Shown here: in pieces, positions 36,325 through 45,856 of the stretch | Numbering within the stretch: position 1 is the stretch's first letter | How the letters are laid out: the number at the start of each line of letters is the position of its first letter | Sequence record: PQ182779.1 | Direction: 5' to 3' (one strand) | Length of the DNA stretch: 64,000 bases | The notes under the pieces: model-generated | Told to the model about the DNA's origin: nothing | Database searches by the model: none | Seen by the model: only the letters and a program-made list of their open reading frames with translations | Position numbers and translations under genes: made by a program

Positions 36325-36392
36325 TCCTATTTACCCTTCCTTCGGTCGTTTGACCGAAGGACTATGCTAACTAAACCAATAAGGAATTCAAA

Positions 36393-36758
36393 ATGAACTT
36401 TACTCAGAACGTTGCCAAACAATGGGACTCAGCGAAAGAAAAAGAAAATACTATTGTCCCTAAGATGGTTCTTAGTCGTCACTACGCCAAAAAGCTCCGG
36501 GCGACTATCGCCGCTGACCTTGAAGAAAATCAGGGCGAAGATATTCTGGTCCGTGTCATCGATATTGACGACGGTCTTCTTCAGATCTGGTTAGGCAATC
36601 GTCACTACTGGAAGCTAACTCGCAGTCAGGCGTTTCGTTTGATGTTACGTTGCGAAGCTTTCTTAGCGAAACGTCAATCTGATCGGCTGGTGATGTCTTT
36701 TAACCAAGTGCGCTTTTCTCAAATTCAGCTGATGGCGGTAAATAAAAATGGCCGTTGA
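36393..36758 (+). CDS. hypothetical protein, paralogue of 36748-37113
   Basis: SD AAGGA; WKLTRSQAFRL....E..LAKR. Confidence 0.75.
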   Translation: MNFTQNVAKQWDSAKEKENTIVPKMVLSRHYAKKLRATIAADLEENQGEDILVRVIDIDDGLLQIWLGNRHYWKLTRSQAFRLMLRCEAFLAKRQSDRLVMSFNQVRFSQIQLMAVNKNGR

Positions 36759-37113
36759 GATTCAAGTTTACGGGTATCGGGATATGGTTATCGAGCCTCG
36801 TGAAATGAAAGCGCTCTATAACGCGCTGAATGACAAGCTAACCGACTCTATCAAAACTCCTGGTCATTTACTGACGTTGGACTTACCAACGCTGAGAGAA
36901 CGTCTCATCGCTTCTGAGAACAATATCATCCGTATCTCCACGGGCACTTACTGGGGGTTCTGGAAATGCGTCACGCGCAAAGAGATTGTCTGGGACTTAA
37001 CCCGGCTACAAGCAATCAAACTGCGGGCGGTGCTGGAACGTGCGTTGGCGAAACGAAAACGGAGCCGTATTACTGTCAGTAAGCGGTTTCTCGAGATCGT
37101 TCCGATCAGCTGA
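36748..37113 (+). CDS. hypothetical protein, paralogue of 36393-36758
   Basis: WDLTRLQAIKL....E..LAKR. Confidence 0.75.
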   Translation: MAVEIQVYGYRDMVIEPREMKALYNALNDKLTDSIKTPGHLLTLDLPTLRERLIASENNIIRISTGTYWGFWKCVTRKEIVWDLTRLQAIKLRAVLERALAKRKRSRITVSKRFLEIVPIS

Positions 37114-37144
37114 AAAGAAAGGGGTTCGCCCCTTTCTTTTTTTT
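37113..37144 (+). terminator. intrinsic terminator
   Basis: AAAGGGG-TTCG-CCCCTTT plus T-run. Confidence 0.85.
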
Positions 37145-37165
37145 GTTTCAAATTGAATTAAAAAC

Positions 37166-37181
37166 TATATCACGTTATTGA
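37166..37181 (+). promoter_or_regulatory. phage early promoter motif
   Basis: TATATCAC-GTTA-TTGA. Confidence 0.7.
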
Positions 37182-37206
37182 ATGTACTAACTAGAGGAGT
37201 ATTACC

Positions 37207-37614
37207 ATGGCCATTCGCCACTATGACGTTGCGGAACGTTTCCTTCGCTCTTTTGGATTCAGTGATGACTACATCGATCGGTTAATCCCTTCTGAGAAAA
37301 ATCCAGAGATTTCTGACAATGAACTCTTTGAACGTCTCTCTCGTTACTTAGAATCCCCGAAACGCCGTCCGCTGCTCTTACGCATTAAAGTCTTACGGAC
37401 GTTTGACGAACTGACGGAACCCGAGCAACGCCTACTGAAACGTTTTATGAAAAACCCGATGTTGTTCTGGTTAGGAGATCGTTTCGGTTTACGAGTGGAT
37501 CGGTCATTGAAAGAGATTCGTCTCTTTAAAGAACAGATGGAACGGAATGATTTCAAACTTCCCGATTCGATGGTCAGTGAGATTTTGAAGGTAATTGCGT
37601 TGTACAAGAGTTGA
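37207..37614 (+). CDS. hypothetical early protein
   Basis: SD GAGGAG; 135 aa. Confidence 0.75.
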   Translation: MAIRHYDVAERFLRSFGFSDDYIDRLIPSEKNPEISDNELFERLSRYLESPKRRPLLLRIKVLRTFDELTEPEQRLLKRFMKNPMLFWLGDRFGLRVDRSLKEIRLFKEQMERNDFKLPDSMVSEILKVIALYKS

Positions 37615-37656
37615 TTCATCGAAAAATAAATTTATTTATATTTATCTGTTGACCTT

Positions 37657-37765
37657 CGCACGGCGAAGCCTGTGCGTTAATTAGACCGTAGGTCCATCCT
37701 TAGAGTTATGACTCTAAAAGTCATAACGGTTAAGTAGTTGACCTTGACTTCGATTTGCAAAGTCA
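37657..37765 (+). ncRNA. array of five consecutive hairpins (structured leader or sRNA candidate)
   Basis: Stems at 37657-76, 37684-94, 37705-27, 37728-43 and 37745-65. Confidence 0.4.
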
Positions 37766-37813
37766 CGTTACGTTCTCTTGATTTGTTAGACTAACCTTAA
37801 TACGGAAAAGAAA

Positions 37814-38461
37814 ATGAGTAAACCAGAACTTAAAATCTTCCAGACCGGTAACTTCACGTTGGATAACGCTACGGAAACTTTGATCCTGACCGTTCCAATC
37901 AGTGCGGAAGAAACTCAAAACTTCGAGAACGTGCCACACCCAGGGAGCAAGTTATTGGACGAACCCGTTGTCTTCAGTAGTGTTATCGGTCAGTACGGTA
38001 GCGCAACTGCTATTGAGGAACTGAATGCAGCGGTAGGAGAGGATCACAAAGACCTCTTCTGGGTACTCTTTGAACTCTGTGCGACTTTCCCAACGGTGCA
38101 GCAGATTGCTCTTGATCTCACTCGCCCGGATATTCCTGCGGTGATGTTGAAAGTAAAAGAAGGTGTGCACAAATACGCATGGTGGCATCGAGGAACAACA
38201 CACATCTTCGTGGCGGCAGAAGTATTGTCATTGCCTGTCGATAACGTTGAGGGGAACAGTATACCGTTTAATCCGGGTGAGCTGCTGTACGCATTCAGTG
38301 TCGTCGCGGAACATATCCGACTCGGTACTACGCGTTTTGTCATCGGTAATCTGGTTGACCGTGAACGCGTCTATATCAGCTTCTTTGATCACGAGATTGT
38401 CGATTTCCGGACGAATCTTGATTTCCCTTTGATGAAAGAGCGGGTGATTTCGGTACAATAG
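37814..38461 (+). CDS. hypothetical protein
   Basis: 215-aa ORF with normal codon use. Confidence 0.75.
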   Translation: MSKPELKIFQTGNFTLDNATETLILTVPISAEETQNFENVPHPGSKLLDEPVVFSSVIGQYGSATAIEELNAAVGEDHKDLFWVLFELCATFPTVQQIALDLTRPDIPAVMLKVKEGVHKYAWWHRGTTHIFVAAEVLSLPVDNVEGNSIPFNPGELLYAFSVVAEHIRLGTTRFVIGNLVDRERVYISFFDHEIVDFRTNLDFPLMKERVISVQ

Positions 38462-38557
38462 TTCGCCTTTCTATAGTCAGGGTATGCCCGGTTACGTTGA
38501 GATACGTAACCAAGGGTTACCTTGGCTTTCTTTTGATTTGAATAGGAAATATGAGAA

Positions 38558-39238
38558 ATGCCAAACTATTTCTGGGCGCTTGTCCTTTGCCTGGTAAGCA
38601 TTATTGCTACCCCAGCAACCGCATCTGTCTCGACTAATAGCGTAGGCTTTGCAAAGCATAGCGATACCTTATATCGAGTATCTCAAAAAACCGACGTTAA
38701 AATGATTGACTTGGTTACCATGGCTTCCATTGAAAGTACGATGGGCGCCGGTATGCACAATAAACACTCTTCAGCAAAAGGACTATTTGGTTTTACAGAT
38801 CGAACGTGGCGAGCCACGGTAAAGAAGTACGGTAAACAGTACGGGGTCAAACCCGGAACCAGTGTAAAAAACTCACGTGCGAACACGCTTATGGCGGTAG
38901 CGTACATGAAGGAGAACAAAGAGTTTTTAGAGCGTTCACTCCAGCGTCAGGTCGGGATCAATGAAATCTACATGGCCCATCTGTTAGGACCCGGCGGTGC
39001 AGTGAAAATATTGAAGGCACGAAATGATCGGTTAGCGGTAAGGGTGGCAGGAGGCGCAGCAGGTAATCGCGCGTACTTCTACACTGATAAAGGTAAACCC
39101 CGCACAGTTGCCGGATTCAAGCAATACGTCAACTCCGTCGTTTCAAATCACCGCAAGGCGTATAAACAGGAAGTCACGCTTTATGCGTTTCAGAACCAGT
39201 TACCTATAGCCCTTGCAGATAACCATTCACCTCGCTGA
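38558..39238 (+). CDS. soluble lytic transglycosylase (SLT, phiKZ gp144-type catalytic domain) with N-terminal signal peptide
   Basis: Catalytic IES, SAKGLF.F...TW, Y.AH.LG.GGA; hydrophobic N-terminus ending ATA. Confidence 0.85.
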   Translation: MPNYFWALVLCLVSIIATPATASVSTNSVGFAKHSDTLYRVSQKTDVKMIDLVTMASIESTMGAGMHNKHSSAKGLFGFTDRTWRATVKKYGKQYGVKPGTSVKNSRANTLMAVAYMKENKEFLERSLQRQVGINEIYMAHLLGPGGAVKILKARNDRLAVRVAGGAAGNRAYFYTDKGKPRTVAGFKQYVNSVVSNHRKAYKQEVTLYAFQNQLPIALADNHSPR

Positions 39239-39302
39239 ATAAAATACTCCCCTCTAGAGACGGAAACGTCTCTAGAGGTTCTATAATCGTTAAGAGGGTT
39301 TT

Positions 39303-39647
39303 TTGATGAAATTGCCTATGAGTATAATTAAAACTACACCTTGTGTTAAATTTTATCGCAATGAAAAAAGAATCATCGCTACCTTTTCCCGGGCGGTTCG
39401 TAGAAGTTGTCGAATACCTGACGTCAAGGTAGAAATTGGAACCCTGGAAAATAAAGAAATGTTTCGATTCCGGTTTCTTCCTTTAGAGAGTAACGTAGGA
39501 AGACGCGTCCGTGCTAACGAGACATCATGGCCTGTTAAATACGTTTTTGATAAGGAATGGATTCCGTTGGAAGGCGGAAGTCGAATCGTTGTCACGTTGG
39601 CGCCGGATGGATGGTGGTACGGAAATTACACCGACAGGATCGAATAA
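39303..39647 (+). CDS. small basic beta-rich hypothetical protein
   Basis: SD GAGGG; 114 aa. Confidence 0.6.
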   Translation: MMKLPMSIIKTTPCVKFYRNEKRIIATFSRAVRRSCRIPDVKVEIGTLENKEMFRFRFLPLESNVGRRVRANETSWPVKYVFDKEWIPLEGGSRIVVTLAPDGWWYGNYTDRIE

Positions 39648-39648
39648 G

Positions 39649-40167
39649 ATGACGACAAGTGAATACCTGCATTTGTTGAGGAAAGTCTACAAGGAGTTCT
39701 TTCTGACTAACAACCTAAATCTCGGTCAACATTGTTGGGACTGGGGGATAGTGCGGGCGAAAGAAATCGGTTTTGTTCCAGGCGATGATTTTGATATCTG
39801 GTTATACGGTTCAGCGGATCAAGGGCCTGGCGAAATCTATTCAGGGTGTTGCTTAGCCATCAGTGATTTAGGGAAAGAACTGTGTACCGATCACCCGGAA
39901 GAATTTTTATTTTATTACCAAGAGATTTCTTACGACGACAATACGCCGACTGATTTTTGTTTTGGTCATTCGTTATTGAAAGTAGGGGATTATTATTACG
40001 ATCTTTTATATCCTGATGGGTTATTAGATTATCGGGATCATTTCCTTTGGCAAGAAGACGAGGAGAATCGGTTTTACCTTCTCAGTCCTTCGGAAGCGCC
40101 AGAACAAATCGGTTACCAACCAGAAGCTTTCAAACTTTTTAAAGGATTACTCAGTGATTACATTTGA
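39649..40167 (+). CDS. papain/transglutaminase-like Cys-His-Asp protein (relative of 8261-8767)
   Basis: IYSGCC...GH.LL..GDYYYD..YPDG; ATG 39649 follows the upstream stop. Confidence 0.55.
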   Translation: MTTSEYLHLLRKVYKEFFLTNNLNLGQHCWDWGIVRAKEIGFVPGDDFDIWLYGSADQGPGEIYSGCCLAISDLGKELCTDHPEEFLFYYQEISYDDNTPTDFCFGHSLLKVGDYYYDLLYPDGLLDYRDHFLWQEDEENRFYLLSPSEAPEQIGYQPEAFKLFKGLLSDYI

Positions 40168-40606
40168 ACTAACGGGCTGCGCCGGTCTACAAGAGCGCCG
40201 TGAAGACGGGATGATTGCGACTATCCATCACGGAAACCTGCTCTTGGCAAAGGACGGTAAACTGATCGCGGAACTCTCGGCAGAGAATTACCGGGAGGTC
40301 AAAGGTCAAGTCACTAAAATGGAGATCTACAAGCTCTACAGTGATCTTCAAAATAAAGTGATGTGCCGCACCTACCGTATTGTTTCTCGCCACCCTGTCG
40401 CGTATGATGACAAAAAATTCGAGTACGAATATCGTTGGCTGGAAGACAAGAAAGAAGACGTGGGCTACCTTACACTCGAGTTCAATACGGGAACGGTCGC
40501 AGAAGGACTGCGTAAAAAGCGGATTACTTCGCCCACTAACCGTGACGACCTGAACGATAAGATTCTTCGTTTGGTGTTAGAGAACGCGTTAATCGCTGGT
40601 CAATAA
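40154..40606 (+). CDS. hypothetical protein
   Basis: Overlapping-operon ORF. Confidence 0.65.
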   Translation: MITFELTGCAGLQERREDGMIATIHHGNLLLAKDGKLIAELSAENYREVKGQVTKMEIYKLYSDLQNKVMCRTYRIVSRHPVAYDDKKFEYEYRWLEDKKEDVGYLTLEFNTGTVAEGLRKKRITSPTNRDDLNDKILRLVLENALIAGQ

Positions 40607-40640
40607 CCGTACCGCCACGACAGTAAATAAGGAGCGAGTA

Positions 40641-41195
40641 ATGTACTATAATTTTGATCTGGGCAAAATTAGAGCGAAGAGTTACGTGACGCAAGGGAGT
40701 GTCATCCATGAGTTACGGCACTACGGCTCGTTAGTGACGTCGTTTAAAACGAAAGAGGCGAAAACTGATATTCAGAACATCGTCAAAGAGCATTATAGTA
40801 CGCTGGTACTTAAATACGCGCTGAAAGAACCTAACAAACGATTCCCAGTTACCCAGTTGGGGGTTGACATAGCAGACCTCTATCTTTCCATGACCGGTGA
40901 CGACATCAACCGTCTCGCGTCAGAAGGAGGTTATTGCCTTAACGTTCGCGGGTTCACCGAGCAGTGGGACATTCTCACCGAGAAACATCCGTTACCGTTA
41001 AGAGCGATCAACGCAGGGTTACGGTTAGAGCTTGGTAAAGTTTTTCTCTACGTAACGTTCGAAAGTCAGTTCGGGCAGATCAGGCTGAAGGAACAACTCC
41101 CGCCTGGATTAGATATCCAACTGAAGGCTGCGGTGCTCGCTAAATACATTAAAGAGTTGAATTCTTTCCAACGTCTTTTGGCCGGGTTTTCATAA
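40641..41195 (+). CDS. hypothetical protein
   Basis: SD AAGGAG. Confidence 0.75.
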   Translation: MYYNFDLGKIRAKSYVTQGSVIHELRHYGSLVTSFKTKEAKTDIQNIVKEHYSTLVLKYALKEPNKRFPVTQLGVDIADLYLSMTGDDINRLASEGGYCLNVRGFTEQWDILTEKHPLPLRAINAGLRLELGKVFLYVTFESQFGQIRLKEQLPPGLDIQLKAAVLAKYIKELNSFQRLLAGFS

Positions 41196-41369
41196 TTTAT
41201 TCCTCTTGCTATTTATAGTGCATCTGTCACGAAAGAAGGTGTTTTCACACCTTCTTTTTTTTATTTTTTCTGTTTCTTTTTTGGCCTTCGGACGTTACTT
41301 ATGCAAGGTAGGCGAAATGACCAGTGGTTCCCTACCGTCCAAATTAACTACAGAATAACGAGCTTCTTC

Positions 41370-41987
41370 ATGGGTAATAAAAAGAGTAACGAAAATGAAG
41401 TGGCCATTTTCTTTAAGGTCGATGAGGCGAGTTTCCGAAGACTAAAAGAAAGTACAGGCGACTATTACCAAATAACGCAATCAGAAACGAATGCGTTAAC
41501 AACAAACAACACCCGCATTACCGTTCGGGTTAGACGAACTGAAGTTTTCTCCGAAAGCAAAGACGTTGCTGGTCAAGTGGTTTATGAAGCGGCGACGAAG
41601 TATCGTTTACCTTACGATGCTAAAACTCAGACATCTCGGTGCATTGAACTTGAAAAGGTCATTACGCCGGAAGAATATGAAATGGCATTACCATTCGGCG
41701 AACGTCTCTACCAAAAAAGACGCTCACTGATTGATCTGGGTAACGGGATAATTGGGGAACTGGACTGGTACTTCGATAAAGAAGAGAATGACTTTGGTCG
41801 CTATTGTAAACTCGACATCAATACACCACCAGAGGGATTCACTACCGGACAGATTACGGCGCTGTTGAAAAAACTCCCTGATCTCGGGATTGTCATTTCT
41901 GAACTGATCAACCCGCCATGGATCACCAGTCCGCGAATCAAAGATCGCATTAGCGAATTAATGGAAAAACGTTGGAATTTACTCTAA
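41370..41987 (+). CDS. CYTH-like (triphosphate tunnel metalloenzyme fold) protein
   Basis: ENE.....K, I.Q, VRVR, ..K...IELE, K.R and ELD.Y pattern of CYTH domains; start may be 41301. Confidence 0.55.
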   Translation: MGNKKSNENEVAIFFKVDEASFRRLKESTGDYYQITQSETNALTTNNTRITVRVRRTEVFSESKDVAGQVVYEAATKYRLPYDAKTQTSRCIELEKVITPEEYEMALPFGERLYQKRRSLIDLGNGIIGELDWYFDKEENDFGRYCKLDINTPPEGFTTGQITALLKKLPDLGIVISELINPPWITSPRIKDRISELMEKRWNLL

Positions 41988-42017
41988 TAAATACACACTG
42001 GCCACGGGAGGCGTTGA

Positions 42018-42479
42018 ATGAGTACTACAGTTCGTTTTACCGATGGCCATCTTCTTGATCTCACTTTAACAAACGACACGGATTGTCTTTTAACCCTTTC
42101 GCTTTCCTCGAAGACAATTCGACATAGCGTGGTAGTTGCCATTGACGGAACACTCGTTGTTTACCGTATTCTCAGGAAGAGTAAAGAAGCTGGTCCGATT
42201 AGAAGCCTGTTAAATCAGGTAGAAGAGAACCTTTCTTCGCATTATCATTTCGAGATGAAAGGGTTAGTCTGGGGGCAGCCTGCAATCACCCGGATCAAAG
42301 GGCGATGGTGGTGGCTCTTAAACGAAATCCCAATCATTGATGAGTTGGGTAACTTATCTGCTTTATTCCAGGAAATTTTAGACAAGTATAACATTGTTGT
42401 TACCGATAAGACGCAGTTGCTCCAATATTTTAATAGCGTTAGAAATACGGCTGTGTTTAAAAGATTAGAAACAAACTGA
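42018..42479 (+). CDS. hypothetical protein
   Basis: SD GGGAGG. Confidence 0.7.
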   Translation: MSTTVRFTDGHLLDLTLTNDTDCLLTLSLSSKTIRHSVVVAIDGTLVVYRILRKSKEAGPIRSLLNQVEENLSSHYHFEMKGLVWGQPAITRIKGRWWWLLNEIPIIDELGNLSALFQEILDKYNIVVTDKTQLLQYFNSVRNTAVFKRLETN

Positions 42480-42499
42480 GTTTATACCTGGGGGTAGGA

Positions 42500-43321
42500 A
42501 TGGAGACGGTAGTTGAAAATGCAGTGGGCTTGTCTACATCAGAGAAATCGAAGGGTACTGTCAGTATACATCCGCTTCCTAAAAAAGGTGACATCGGTAT
42601 TGGGACGATTCTCGTCACAATGACGTTCCCTACCGGTGGTCACACGGTTTGGGCGATATCGTTTACCGGCGTCCCTGAAACCGAGACACCTTCGCTATCG
42701 TTACTGGAAGTTTCTTTGTTGCTGTCGGATGTCGATGCGATACCGGACGACGCGGTAGTCGCTGCAGTGTTCCAGATAAAGGAACTTAACGAAGGTTCAC
42801 CGTTCCCTTACGTCAATGGTGGAGTGTACGCCAGGCCCACCTTTGACGCTGACGGTATTTTAGATTTCTACGAACTGATGGCGAAGAACAATGAAGATTA
42901 TTTCATCTTTTGGAATATCGAAGAAGGTTTTGAAATAAAGGACAGCAAGACCAGCAAAACTTTGTTGGTCTATCAATACGCTGACCAGAATAACCCGCAC
43001 TTCATTGGTAAAGATGCGCTCTTACTCATCGAAGAGAGAACCAACGCCAGAATCCTGTTCTCTGTCTTTCAGGGAGAAACGTGGCAGGAATCAGAATGGA
43101 ACTACGTTATCGGTTCCATGCTTGCGATGTGCTACGGGACGGTCGAAGGTTATACGTTTGCCAGCGGAAAAACCGAGATTGAAGAAACCGTTTACAGCGA
43201 TCGATTAATGGGCGCAGTGAACGAGGTCAACTTTTACCGCCTTGCTATCTCCGATAAAGAAAATGAAGGGGTCACCGCGATTGATCTCGACGCTAGTTGC
43301 GTCGTATTACGACTACACTAA
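42500..43321 (+). CDS. hypothetical acidic protein
   Basis: SD GGGGG/AGGA; 273 aa. Confidence 0.75.
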   Translation: METVVENAVGLSTSEKSKGTVSIHPLPKKGDIGIGTILVTMTFPTGGHTVWAISFTGVPETETPSLSLLEVSLLLSDVDAIPDDAVVAAVFQIKELNEGSPFPYVNGGVYARPTFDADGILDFYELMAKNNEDYFIFWNIEEGFEIKDSKTSKTLLVYQYADQNNPHFIGKDALLLIEERTNARILFSVFQGETWQESEWNYVIGSMLAMCYGTVEGYTFASGKTEIEETVYSDRLMGAVNEVNFYRLAISDKENEGVTAIDLDASCVVLRLH

Positions 43322-43355
43322 ACATAGAGGTAGGAGGGTTTACCCCTCCTACCCG

Positions 43356-44186
43356 TTATGCGCCACCGCCAATCAAATTACGGAGATACCACGAGTTACG
43401 TGTATCGTCGTTACTGAACTGAACCATCTGCCATTCGTTCTCGTAATACTCAGAATACTGTTCAGCAGCATCAGAGTAGCTGTCCACGACATTTTGGATC
43501 TCTCCCAGCTCGGTCCCGCCTGAAAGATACCCGCCGTTCAACTTAACTTTTAACGTGTTGTAGATGTACGCTTTACAAGCCAGTTGACAGAGTTTGGAGA
43601 ACTGTGGAACTGCACGGGGACCGATAGAATTCATCTCGGAATCATGGCTCACTAAACAAACCAATGAACCTTGTGTAATCGAGCCGATATAGTCATTAAT
43701 CGTTACCGTGTTTTCACCGATCAATCTTACTGCCGCGGTACCGGTAGCATCGGAGTTCGCGGAGGATTGTAGGATTCGACTGGCCTGTGCCATTAACGGT
43801 GAGTTACCACACGTGTTGCTCGAGTAGTTATTGGCCATGTAGCCACCAACTTGACCGATTGCCCCGGTGTAGTAGTAATAGTTAAAGTAAGTGGGGAGCA
43901 CGATAGAACGTCCGCCGGTTAACGACTTAGGGATTCTTACCGTGTTGCGGTAAAGACCGCTGGTATCGTAAGTTACTTCTGCGTTTGCCAGCGGAATGTT
44001 CATTTCCAGCGCACCCAGTAAATTACAATCGGGTCTGACTTTCGCGTCGATCACTTTGTTACGAATTTCCCAATCCAATGAACCGGGTCGTTTTCTTTCC
44101 AACCCGACGTCACCTAAAAAGGCAACTTCAAGTACCTCTTTAGGAATGATAAAACGAATATCAGAAATCACTTTCTGTAACACCAT
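43356..44186 (-). CDS. conserved phiKZ-like core protein divergent from PhuZ
   Basis: KAI..I.F.IP.EVL...F, IP...T.GR.I, V.LIGEN.V, LA.KA.IYN motifs; conserved position. Confidence 0.6.
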   Translation of the reverse strand: MVLQKVISDIRFIIPKEVLEVAFLGDVGLERKRPGSLDWEIRNKVIDAKVRPDCNLLGALEMNIPLANAEVTYDTSGLYRNTVRIPKSLTGGRSIVLPTYFNYYYYTGAIGQVGGYMANNYSSNTCGNSPLMAQASRILQSSANSDATGTAAVRLIGENTVTINDYIGSITQGSLVCLVSHDSEMNSIGPRAVPQFSKLCQLACKAYIYNTLKVKLNGGYLSGGTELGEIQNVVDSYSDAAEQYSEYYENEWQMVQFSNDDTRNSWYLRNLIGGGA

Positions 44187-44272
44187 CTTTGAGATCCTCC
44201 ATCGATTATTTTACGTCTTGTTATAAAGTACTATGATACGACTTTTGGTCCAACATAAGGAGCGACCGTATT

Positions 44273-45241
44273 ATGTCATCGAATAACACAGTAACTATTT
44301 ACGGCGCAGGTGGTGCGGGTATCGATATCCTCACTAAACTCATGCGTACTGATCTTTCTGAGCTCGCTAACGTCAAAGAAGCGTATGTTGACGGTAGCCG
44401 TTCCAACGTTTCCGAGCGGTCTGTTCAAGACCCTGACAAATGGTATTTCCTCGAGGGCGTAGACGGCGCAGGGAAAATCCGTAAAACCAACTACGACGTC
44501 ACGAACCGAAGCATCAGCGACATTCTCTTTAAGTTGAAGCCGTCCGATCTCAACATTCTGATCTTCTCCGCCTCCGGCGGCAGCGGTTCGGTCATTGGTC
44601 CGAAACTGATCGAAGCGCTTTATGCGCAGAATAAAGCGGTGCTGGTCTTTTTAGTCGGTTCGACAGAATCGGGTAATACTACCGAAAACACCATGAAGAC
44701 CATTTCGTCGCTGCGTAACATTGCGATCAAGAACAATCAGTTCTGTAACGTCTGTTACGAGAGCAATGAGAACAACCTGCGCAACGCCGAAGTCGATGCG
44801 ATCATGATCGCTACCATCCGCGCCGTTCTGGATCTTTATTCCGGGAAACATCACGGACTGGATTCTGCGGACGTACTGACCTGGGCGAAACCCGTTCTTG
44901 GTGCAGGCGTAAGTCCGGAACTCGGTCTCCTTGACGTCTTCCAGGACCGTGATGACGCGGTGAGCGTTAACGCACCTATTTCAGTTGCGGAACTCTACGG
45001 CGACAACAAGCCGGTAGCCGGTACTATCCCAGCGGACTATAACACGTTCGGCACCCGTAAACGTACAGGGGAAGATTCACTTTATTTTGTCATTCATACA
45101 GATGGGCTGAATGAGATCTTAATGGAACTTCGCCAAACGTTTGACGATTACGAACAACGTCGCGCTGCACGCGATAAGAAGTCCAAGGCTGCACAAAACT
45201 TTATCCGTGGCGATGTTCAGGGCGACGGGATGGAACTCTAG
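44273..45241 (+). CDS. phuZ: phage tubulin PhuZ
   Basis: IYGAGGAGI.I, D.S.SN, G.GK.R, tubulin signature SASGGSGSVIGP, acidic C-terminal tail. Confidence 0.92.
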   Translation: MSSNNTVTIYGAGGAGIDILTKLMRTDLSELANVKEAYVDGSRSNVSERSVQDPDKWYFLEGVDGAGKIRKTNYDVTNRSISDILFKLKPSDLNILIFSASGGSGSVIGPKLIEALYAQNKAVLVFLVGSTESGNTTENTMKTISSLRNIAIKNNQFCNVCYESNENNLRNAEVDAIMIATIRAVLDLYSGKHHGLDSADVLTWAKPVLGAGVSPELGLLDVFQDRDDAVSVNAPISVAELYGDNKPVAGTIPADYNTFGTRKRTGEDSLYFVIHTDGLNEILMELRQTFDDYEQRRAARDKKSKAAQNFIRGDVQGDGMEL

Positions 45242-45289
45242 TCGTTAGTATGTAGGACTTTTATCTGCTTCAATCATTTAAGATCATCA

Positions 45290-45321
45290 ACGGAGCGGGG
45301 TTTTCCCGCTCCGTCTTTTTT
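45290..45321 (+). terminator. intrinsic terminator
   Basis: ACGGAGCGGG/CCCGCTCCGT stem plus T-run. Confidence 0.85.
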
Positions 45322-45351
45322 ATTTTGTTTTGTTGGAAAAGAAATAGGACA

Positions 45352-45367
45352 TATATTACCCTATTGA
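45352..45367 (+). promoter_or_regulatory. phage early promoter motif
   Basis: TATATTAC-CCTA-TTGA (exact phiKZ early octamer). Confidence 0.75.
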
Positions 45368-45445
45368 ACATAGCTGTAATCGCTTTGTACGGGTTTATCA
45401 ATTTATTTGATAGATAGTACTACTGACAGTAAAAAGAGGCTTAGA

Positions 45446-45856
45446 ATGACTTACAGGAAGTCTGGTGACGTCATGATAGTTAAAGGCGAGATCCCAAAGA
45501 TCTTTTACTGGATTAATTCACCCTATCACGGTATTTTCACCGTGAAAGAAATTTTCTACGCGACCTGGATGACGTGGTTTCATTTCCGGGAACGAAAGCA
45601 TTGGGCGCAAGGGATCTATTTGTTAACCGATAAGGTAGAACCCAGTAAAATGTTACCGGGTAGAGATAAACGTGATTTTAACGCAATGATCGAAACGATC
45701 TTCAATCGGGTTAATGAAAAAGAAAAGGAACTCACCGCGCTCTTTCAATTGGAAGGTGTCCCGCGTCATTATCGTGTCCTCGACTTTTCTTTCCAACACA
45801 ATCATTTTGAAATTACACTGGGAACTGAAGACCATGTTGATTGTCATCGATATTAA
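45446..45856 (+). CDS. array protein 1 (hypothetical)
   Basis: SD GAGG; first ORF of the overlapping array. Confidence 0.65.
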   Translation: MTYRKSGDVMIVKGEIPKIFYWINSPYHGIFTVKEIFYATWMTWFHFRERKHWAQGIYLLTDKVEPSKMLPGRDKRDFNAMIETIFNRVNEKEKELTALFQLEGVPRHYRVLDFSFQHNHFEITLGTEDHVDCHRY

